Source: Candidatus Eiseniibacteriota bacterium
GTDB lineage: Bacteria > Eisenbacteria > RBG-16-71-46
Assembly: GCA_963717935.1 (NCBI GenBank)
Contig: CAVQXP010000002.1
Span: 352,001 to 416,000 of the forward strand
Direction: 5' to 3'
DNA: 64,000 bases
Both the position numbers and the translations under genes were made by a program. The notes beneath the pieces were generated by a model. That model was not told the origin of the DNA. It was given only the letters and a program-made list of their open reading frames with translations, and did not search any database. This document shows positions 55,782 through 64,000 of this stretch, piece after piece (positions within the stretch are counted from its first letter, which is position 1; every line of letters begins with the position of its first letter).

Positions 55782-56510
55782 GTGACCGACACCGTTCTCG
55801 CCGTCATCCCCGCCCGTTTCGCGGCCACGCGCTTCCCGGGCAAGCCGCTCGCGGTGCTGTGGGGCAAGCCCATGCTCCAGCACGTCTGGGAGCGGGCGCG
55901 TGCGGCGCGCGGCCTCGACGAGCTGCTGATCGCGACCGACGACGAGCGCATCGCCGCGGCGGCGCGCGGCTTCGGCGCCAGGGTCGAGCTGACCTCCTCC
56001 GGTTGCGCGAGTGGCACCGACCGCGTGGCCGAGGTGGCGCGGCGCCGGCCCCGCGCCGGCCTGGTGCTCAACCTGCAGGGCGACGAGCCCGAGCTCGAGA
56101 CCGAAGCGGTCTCGCGGCTGGTCGAGGTGATGCGTGGCGATGCGTCCCTGCGCATGGGGACCGTCGCGCACCACGAGCCCGATGCCGCGCTGCTGGCCCG
56201 GCCGGACGTGGTCAAGGTGGTGGTGGACGCCGCCGGCTTCGCGCTCTACTTTAGCCGCGCGGACGTCGCGGAGGGCTCGCGGGGCGGACCGGCGCTGCGC
56301 CACGCGGGCGTCTACGCCTTCCGCCGCGACCTGCTCCTCGAGTTCGCCTCGTGGCCGCCGGGCCGGCTGGAACAGGCCGAGCGGCTCGAGCAGTTGCGCG
56401 CGCTCGAGCGCGGCGTGCGCATCAAGGTCGTGCCGGGCGAGCGCCCGTTCGCGGGCGTGGACACGCCCGAGCAGTTGCAGACGTTGGAGAGACGCGGGCC
56501 GCGTCCCTGA
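55782..56510 (+). CDS. kdsB: CMP-Kdo synthetase
   Basis: IPARFAATRFPGKPL, SGTDRVAE, NLQGDEP, VVKVV, ALYFSR, LEQLRAL, VDTPE. Confidence 0.95.
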   Translation: MTDTVLAVIPARFAATRFPGKPLAVLWGKPMLQHVWERARAARGLDELLIATDDERIAAAARGFGARVELTSSGCASGTDRVAEVARRRPRAGLVLNLQGDEPELETEAVSRLVEVMRGDASLRMGTVAHHEPDAALLARPDVVKVVVDAAGFALYFSRADVAEGSRGGPALRHAGVYAFRRDLLLEFASWPPGRLEQAERLEQLRALERGVRIKVVPGERPFAGVDTPEQLQTLERRGPRP

Positions 56511-56555
56511 GGCGCAGCCCTGAGCGGAGACCCTCCGGGAAGGGGAGGCACGGAG

Positions 56556-58275
56556 ATGCCGAAGTACGTCGTGGTCACGGGGGGCGTGGTGTCGTCCCTC
56601 GGCAAGGGGATCGCCGCGGCCTCGCTGGGGTTGCTGCTCAAGGCGCGCGGCCTGCGTGTCACGCTGCAGAAGCTCGACCCCTACCTCAACGTGGACCCCG
56701 GGCACCATGAGCCCGTTCCAGCACGGCGAGGTCTTCGTCACCGACGACGGCGCCGAGACCGACCTGGACCTGGGCCACTACGAGCGCTTCACCAACACCT
56801 CGGTGACCCGCAGCCACAACGTCACGGCCGGCCAGGTCTACGACACCATCCTCTCGAAGGAGCGGCGCGGCGACTACCTGGGCCGCACCGTGCAGGTCAT
56901 CCCCCACGTCACCGACGAGATCAAGCGCCGCATCACGAGCCTGGCGCTCACCTCCCAGGCCGACGTGGCCATCATCGAGATCGGCGGCACGGTGGGCGAC
57001 ATCGAGTCGCTGCCGTTCCTCGAGGCGGTGCGCCAGCTGCGGCTCGAGTTGCGCCGCGACACGCTGTTCGTGCACGTCACGCTGGTGCCCTTCCTGAAGG
57101 TCGCGGGCGAGGTGAAGACCAAGCCCACCCAGCACTCGGTGCGCGAGTTGCGGGAGATCGGCATCCAGCCCGACATCCTGCTGTGCCGCAGCGAGGTGTC
57201 GCTCGACAGCGAGGTGCGCGAGAAGATCGCGCTGTTCTGCAACGTCCCGACCGAGGCGGTCATCGGCGCCACCGACCGGGCGTCGATCTACGAGGTCCCG
57301 CTCATGTTCCACGAGGGCGGACTCGACTCGCTGGTGGTGCAGGGGCTGGGCCTCGACACCGACGCGCCCGACCTCCGGGTCTGGACCGATTTCGTCTCCC
57401 GCGTGCGCGACCCCGAGAAGGAGTGCGAGATCGCGGTGGTCGGCAAGTACACGCACGTGCGCGACGCCTACAAGAGCATCGTGGAGGCCTTCGTCCACGC
57501 CGGGGCCGCCAATCGCGCGCGGGTCCGGGTGCGCTGGGTCGAGGCCGGCGACCTCGAGACGCGCGGGGCCGCGGAGTCGCTCGCCGACGTGGACGGCGTG
57601 CTCGTGCCGGGCGGCTTCGGCGAGCGCGGCATCGAGGGCAAGATCGAGGCGGCGCGCTACGCGCGCGAGCGCGGCATGCCCGTACTTCGGCCTGTGCCTG
57701 GGCATGCAGGTCGCGACCATCGAGTTCGCGCGCCACGTGGTGGGCTGGCAGGAGGCGCACTCCAGCGAGTTCGACCCGCACGCCGCGCAGAAGGTGATCG
57801 ACCTGATGGCCGACCAGGAGGGCATCAGCGAGAAGGGCGGCACGATGCGGCTGGGCTCGTATCGCTGCGCGCTGCAGCCGGGCAGCCTGGCTGCGCGCGC
57901 CTACGGCCGGACCGAGGTCGAGGAACGCCATCGGCACCGCTACGAGTTCAACAACAAGTACGCGGCGCAGCTGCAGTCGCGCGGGCTGGTGCTGTCGGGC
58001 CGCTGCGTGGGGCGCGACCTGGTCGAGATCGTCGAGCTGCCCGACCACCCGTGGTTCCTGGCGGTGCAGTTCCACCCCGAGCTCAAGTCGCGACCCTACG
58101 ATCCACACCCGCTGTTCGTGGACTTCGTGCGCGCCGCCCTGGAGCGCCGGCGCGCGCGGCTGGGCAGCGACGCGCGCGCGCGCGCCGGTGCGCCGGCCGT
58201 GGACGGGATGCAGCGGGGAGAGGCGCCCTCCACGGGCCCGGCGGTGGGCGCGCCGGCGCCGCGCGTGAGGGACGC

Positions 58276-58279
<4 letters not shown>
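56556..58279 (+). CDS. pyrG: CTP synthase (frameshifts ~56700 and ~57683)
   Basis: [64 protein letters not shown]. Confidence 0.96.
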
Positions 58280-59624
<1,345 letters not shown>

Positions 59625-59625
<1 letters not shown>

Positions 59626-60601
59626 TGGCGCGCGACCTGATCGAGCTGGCGCGAGAGGTGGTGCGCGGCGAGACCGCGGCGGTCGCCGGGCTCGAGAGCC
59701 GGCTCGGCCCGGAGTTCCTCGCGGCGGTCGAGTGCCTGCACGGCTGCCGCGGCAAGGTGGTGGTCTCGGGTGTGGGCAAGTCCGGGCTGCTCGCCCACAA
59801 GCTCGCGGCCACGCTCACCAGCACCGGCACGCCGGCGGTGTTCCTGCACCCGGCCGACGCCCTGCACGGCGACGCCGGCCTGTTCGCCTCCGGCGATGTC
59901 GCCCTGTTCCTCTCGAAGAGCGGCGCCAGCGACGAGTTGCTGGCGCTGCTGCCCTACCTCGAGCGGCACGGCATCCCGCTCGTGAGCATCGTCGCGACCC
60001 CGGGCTCCGCCCTCGGGCGCAAGAGCGGCGTCTGCCTGGTGACCGGCCCGGTGCGCGAGGTCTGCCCCATGGACCTCACGCCCGACGACCAGCATCACGG
60101 TGGCCCAGGTGATGGGCGATTGTCTCGCCGTGGCGCTGCTCGAGCGGCGCGGTTTCAAGGCCGAGGACTTCCGCTTCCTGCACCCGGGCGGGGTCATCGG
60201 GCGCTCCGCGGCGCGCCGCGTCGAGGAGCTGATGCACGAGGGCGCCGCGCTGCCGCGGGTGGCGGAGAGCGCCCCGCTGCGCGAGGTGATGCTCGAGATC
60301 ATGGACAAGCGGCTCGGCATCACGACCGTGCTGGACGGCGCCGGACGGCTCGCCGGCGTGATCACCGACGGTGATTTCAAGCGCATCCTGCTCAAGCACC
60401 CGGACCCCTGGGACGCTCAGCGCGCGGGAGGTCATGGCCCGCGCGCCGAGCACGACCGGCCGGGACACGCTGGTGGCGGCCGCGGTGCGCCAGATGGAGG
60501 AGCGGCCTGCCGGCCCGATCACCGCGCTGGTCGTGGTGGACGGGGAGGGCATGCCCGTCGGTGTGCTGCACCTGCACGACTGCCTCCGCGCAGGACGTTA
60601 G
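59625..60601 (+). CDS. kdsD: Arabinose-5-phosphate isomerase (SIS + CBS; frameshifted)
   Basis: [47 protein letters not shown]. Confidence 0.92.
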
Positions 60602-60741
60602 CCCGGACGTCGTCGCGGCGGCCGGGGCGCGGTCCGGCCCGGCCTCGCCAGTCTCCATCCGTCGACGGCGCCGTCACCCCGGCGTCAAGTCCGGGCCCGT
60701 TCGGACCGATAACCCCTCAGGATTTCAACGCGCAGACGCGC

Positions 60742-60757
60742 TGGCACTTGTCGTGCT
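60742..60757 (+). promoter_or_regulatory. Putative sigma54 promoter upstream of lptC-lptB-rpoN-hpf
   Basis: TGGCACTTGTCGTGCT: perfect -24 TGGCAC and -12 TGC at canonical spacing. Confidence 0.65.
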
Positions 60758-60798
60758 TGCGACCCGTCCCCCCCTTTGTTAGCGTGGGCTTCGACGTG

Positions 60799-61434
60799 AT
60801 GAACCGGGCACCTTTGATCCCCAGGGGGCGTTGGTCCCCCCGCTTCCGTGGTCTCCCTCCGGGGGCCCGAAGCCTCGTGGCGTTGGCGCTGCTGCTGCTC
60901 GTCGTCGCGGGCTGCGGCACCGAGCGCTCCAGCGTGCCCTCGCGGGCCGCCGGCGAGCTGCCGGACCAGGAGGTGAGCGATTTCGCCCTCACCGAGACCG
61001 ACCAGGGTGCCCCGCAGTGGAAGCTCTATGCCCGCTACGCGGCCACCTACAACGCCCGCAACGTCATCGTCGCCCGCGCCGTCCGCGTGGACTTCTTCGA
61101 CGAGCAGGGCGCCCAGTCCTCCGAGCTCACCGCGCGCGAGGGCGAGATCCAGCTGCAGACGCGCGACATGACGGCGCGCGGCAACGTGGTCCTGCAGACG
61201 CGCGAGGGCACGCGCATGTCCACGCAGGAGATTCGTTTCCTGAACCGCGAGCAGAGGATCGTCTCTCCGCTCGAGCAGATGGTGCGGGTGGAGCGCGCGG
61301 GTGACGTGCTCACCGGCTACGGCTTCGAGAGCGATCCCGGGCTCAAGCACTTCGAGTTCAAGCGCAAGGTGGAGGCGACGGTGCAGACGCGCTCGGGCGG
61401 CGGAGTCTCCGAGCGCAAGAGCGGTGCCCGGTGA
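60799..61434 (+). CDS. lptC: LPS export ABC transporter periplasmic protein LptC (lipobox-bearing; start uncertain)
   Basis: Hydrophobic segment ending LLVVAGC, beta-jellyroll-like region (VDFFDEQG, LTAREG, MTARGNVV, GYGFESD). Located between kdsD and lptB. Confidence 0.8.
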   Translation: MNRAPLIPRGRWSPRFRGLPPGARSLVALALLLLVVAGCGTERSSVPSRAAGELPDQEVSDFALTETDQGAPQWKLYARYAATYNARNVIVARAVRVDFFDEQGAQSSELTAREGEIQLQTRDMTARGNVVLQTREGTRMSTQEIRFLNREQRIVSPLEQMVRVERAGDVLTGYGFESDPGLKHFEFKRKVEATVQTRSGGGVSERKSGAR

Positions 61435-62243
61435 GCGGTGACGGCGACCGCCGGCCCGCCCTGGACCCGCCGAACGAGGGTGCCCGTGCCCCGGACGTCC
61501 CGGTGGCGCCGCCGGGCCCGGCCGAGGGCCTGGTAGCCAGCGGGCTCGAGCGCTACTACGGGCGCTGGCGCGTCGTGGACGACGTGACCTTCCACGTGCG
61601 CCGCGGCGAGGTCGTGGGGCTGCTCGGACCGAACGGGGCCGGCAAGACCACGTCCTTCTACATGATCGTGGGCTTGCTCCGGCCGAGCCGGGGGCGCATC
61701 CTGCTCGAGGGCCGCGACGTCACCGACGAACCCGTCTACCGGAGGGCGCGGCTCGGGCTCGGCTACCTCGCGCAGGAATCGAGCATCTTCCGCCGCCTGA
61801 CGGTCAGCGACAACGTGATGGCCGTGCTGGAGACCATGCCCCTCACCAAGGCCGAGCGCGAGGCGCGGCTGAAGCTGCTGCTGGAGGAGTTGAACCTCAC
61901 GCACCTGGCGGGCCGCATGGCCACGAAGCTCTCGGGCGGCGAGCGCCGCCGCGTGGAGATCACGCGGGCGCTGGCGCGGCAGCCGTCCTACATGCTGCTC
62001 GACGAGCCCTTCGTCGGCATCGACCCCATCGCGGTCGCGGAGATCCAGGACATCGTGGGTCGCCTGCGCCAGCGAGGGCTCGGAGTGCTCATCACCGACC
62101 ACAACGTGCGCGAGACGCTGCGGATCACCGACCGCGCGTACATCATGTACGAGGGCCGTATCCTCCTGCAGGGAACCTCGCAGGAGCTGGCCAGCGACTC
62201 GAGAGCGCGTGAGATCTACCTGGGCGACCGATTCAGTCTCTGA
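61431..62243 (+). CDS. lptB: LPS export ABC transporter ATP-binding protein
   Basis: GPNGAGKTTSFYM, YLAQESSIFR, LSGGERRRVEI, LDEPF, ITDHNVRETL, YLG. Confidence 0.95.
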   Translation: MSGDGDRRPALDPPNEGARAPDVPVAPPGPAEGLVASGLERYYGRWRVVDDVTFHVRRGEVVGLLGPNGAGKTTSFYMIVGLLRPSRGRILLEGRDVTDEPVYRRARLGLGYLAQESSIFRRLTVSDNVMAVLETMPLTKAEREARLKLLLEELNLTHLAGRMATKLSGGERRRVEITRALARQPSYMLLDEPFVGIDPIAVAEIQDIVGRLRQRGLGVLITDHNVRETLRITDRAYIMYEGRILLQGTSQELASDSRAREIYLGDRFSL

Positions 62244-62273
62244 CGCCAGCCGCCGCACGGAGCCAATCCCATC

Positions 62274-63707
62274 ATGGAAATGAAACCTTCGCTGAACCTG
62301 AGCCTGCGGCCGGCCCTCATCATGACGCCGCGCCTGCAGCAGGCGCTCAAGCTGCTGCAGGTGCCGACGCTCGAGCTTCAGCAGATCCTCAAGCAGGAGA
62401 TGATCCAGAACCCGCTGCTCGAGGAGGTGGACGAGGTCACGGAGAGCGAGGACCTCGCCAAGGAGGACTCTCCCGAGGAGAAGGCCAACGAAGAGGCGGA
62501 GGACCCGACCGAGGAAGATCCCATCGACTGGTCGGATTACATGCAGGACGGGGCGCTCGACCGGGTCTACGTGCCCCAGCAGGAGACCTCGGTGGAGTTC
62601 CTCGAGAAGGTGCCGGTCACGCGCACCTCGCTGGCCGAGAGCCTGCTCGAGCAGCTCCACTTCCTGGCGCTCTCGCCGCGCGACCTGATGCTCGCGGAGT
62701 TCCTGGTCGGCTCGCTGGACGAGCGCGGCTGGCTGGCGACCCCGCTCGATGAGGTGGCGCAGTCCACGGGCCAGCCGCTCGAGCTCTGCGAGCGGATCCT
62801 GAAGGTCATCCAGGCGCTCGAGCCGGTCGGGGTGGGAGCGCGCGACCTGCGGGAGTGCCTGCTCATCCAGCTCGAGGCGCGCAACGAGCGCGATACGCTG
62901 CCGTGGAAGCTCATCCACGACCAGTTCGACAACCTGGTGAACCGGCGCTTCCCCGAGATCGCGCGCCAGCTCAAGTGCACGTCCGAGGAGGTGCAGGCGG
63001 GGGCCGACGCCATCGCCACGCTGAACCCCAAGCCGGGGCTCCAGGTCTCGAGCGAGGATCCCAGGTACGTGGTGCCCGACCTGGTCGTCGAGCGCGTGAA
63101 CGACGAGTACCTCGTCATGCTCAACGACCGGCACCTGCCCCGGTTGCGCATCTCCGCGGCCTACGAAGGCGTGATGCGCGGCAAGAAGAAGTCGGAGTGC
63201 ACCGTCGGCGAGGTCAAGACCCGCGAGTACATCCAGGGCAAGCTGAACTCGGCGCGCTGGCTCATCCAGACCATCGAGCAGCGGCGCCGCACCATGATCA
63301 AGGTGATGAACTGCATCATCCGCGAGCAGCGGGAGTTCTTCGACAAGGGGATCGCGTTCCTGCGGCCGCTCACGCTCCAGCAGGTCGCCCGGCAGATCGA
63401 CATGCACGAGTCCACGGTGAGCCGCGTCTGCAGCGCGAAGTACGTGCAGACGCCGCGCGGCGTGTTCGAGCTCAAGTTCTTCTTCTCGAGCGGGCTCGAG
63501 ACCGAGGACGGCGAGGACGTGTCGGCCCGGACGGCCCGTGACATCATCAAGACCCTCATCGACGAGGAGGTCAAGACCGAGCCGCTGTCCGACCAGCGCA
63601 TCGCCGAGCTCCTGCACGAGACGGGGCTCAAGATCGCCCGGCGGACGGTGGCCAAGTACCGGGAACAGCTCAGCATCCTGCCGGCGCGGTTCCGCCGGCG
63701 CGTGTGA
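62274..63707 (+). CDS. rpoN: RNA polymerase sigma-54 factor
   Basis: MTPRLQQALKLLQ, NPLLE, GARDLRECL, HESTVSR, ELKFFF, PLSDQ, RpoN box ARRTVAKYR. Confidence 0.97.
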   Translation: MEMKPSLNLSLRPALIMTPRLQQALKLLQVPTLELQQILKQEMIQNPLLEEVDEVTESEDLAKEDSPEEKANEEAEDPTEEDPIDWSDYMQDGALDRVYVPQQETSVEFLEKVPVTRTSLAESLLEQLHFLALSPRDLMLAEFLVGSLDERGWLATPLDEVAQSTGQPLELCERILKVIQALEPVGVGARDLRECLLIQLEARNERDTLPWKLIHDQFDNLVNRRFPEIARQLKCTSEEVQAGADAIATLNPKPGLQVSSEDPRYVVPDLVVERVNDEYLVMLNDRHLPRLRISAAYEGVMRGKKKSECTVGEVKTREYIQGKLNSARWLIQTIEQRRRTMIKVMNCIIREQREFFDKGIAFLRPLTLQQVARQIDMHESTVSRVCSAKYVQTPRGVFELKFFFSSGLETEDGEDVSARTARDIIKTLIDEEVKTEPLSDQRIAELLHETGLKIARRTVAKYREQLSILPARFRRRV

Positions 63708-63737
63708 CATTCGTCCTGGAAGGGGAAGGATCCCGCC

Positions 63738-64000
63738 ATGCAGATCAGCACGACCGCTCGCCACTGCGAGCTCGATGCCCAGGTCCGCGAATTCGCGCTG
63801 CAGCGTCTGACGAAGCTCGAACGCTTCGCCCGTGACATCCAGGAGGCGCACCTCGTCGTCACCGTCGAGAAATTCCGCCACTCGGCCGAGATCACCCTGC
63901 GGATCAAACACCACGAGATGGTGAGCCGCGAGGAGGCGGACTCCAGCAAGGTGGCCATCGACCAGGCCGCCCACCGGCTGGAGCAGCAGCTCCGCCGGCT
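63738..64000 (+). CDS. hpf: Ribosome hibernation promoting factor (HPF/RaiA), partial at window end
   Basis: MQISTTARHCELDAQVREFA..RL.KL.RF...AID.A..RLE.QLRR, directly after rpoN. Confidence 0.88.
   Translation, partial: MQISTTARHCELDAQVREFALQRLTKLERFARDIQEAHLVVTVEKFRHSAEITLRIKHHEMVSREEADSSKVAIDQAAHRLEQQLRR

Overview
Very GC-rich chromosomal segment from a diderm bacterium (Kdo/Lpt genes present). Gene content and protein style suggest an FCB-adjacent lineage such as Candidatus Eisenbacteria (inference only). Most of the window is core genome: valS, uvrB-nadC-birA-tatC-coaX, dapE-dapD, folB-folK-dNK-panB-panC, tatA, ppiD/surA-like, uvrA-rtcB, an sdhA-C-D-B operon, radical SAM-rng-rplU-rpmA, kdsB-pyrG-kdsA-kdsC-kdsD and lptC-lptB-rpoN-hpf. 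It also holds an amino-sugar/lipid-linked glycosylation cluster (1-12 kb) and three further GT-C-like membrane proteins. Many genes, including essential ones, are broken by single-base insertions, most likely long-read consensus errors. No rRNA, tRNA, CRISPR array or transposase was seen. The most unusual locus is 36.0-39.3 kb. A cytoplasmic PAS histidine kinase and a sigma54 enhancer-binding response regulator are followed by an AT-rich enhancer-like region with palindromes and a -24/-12 promoter. The promoter would drive a ~550-nt hairpin-dense RNA containing a 22-codon ORF, MAAKKKVAKKKVAKKKVAKKKK, with a perfect Shine-Dalgarno site. That ORF is missed by the ORF track.
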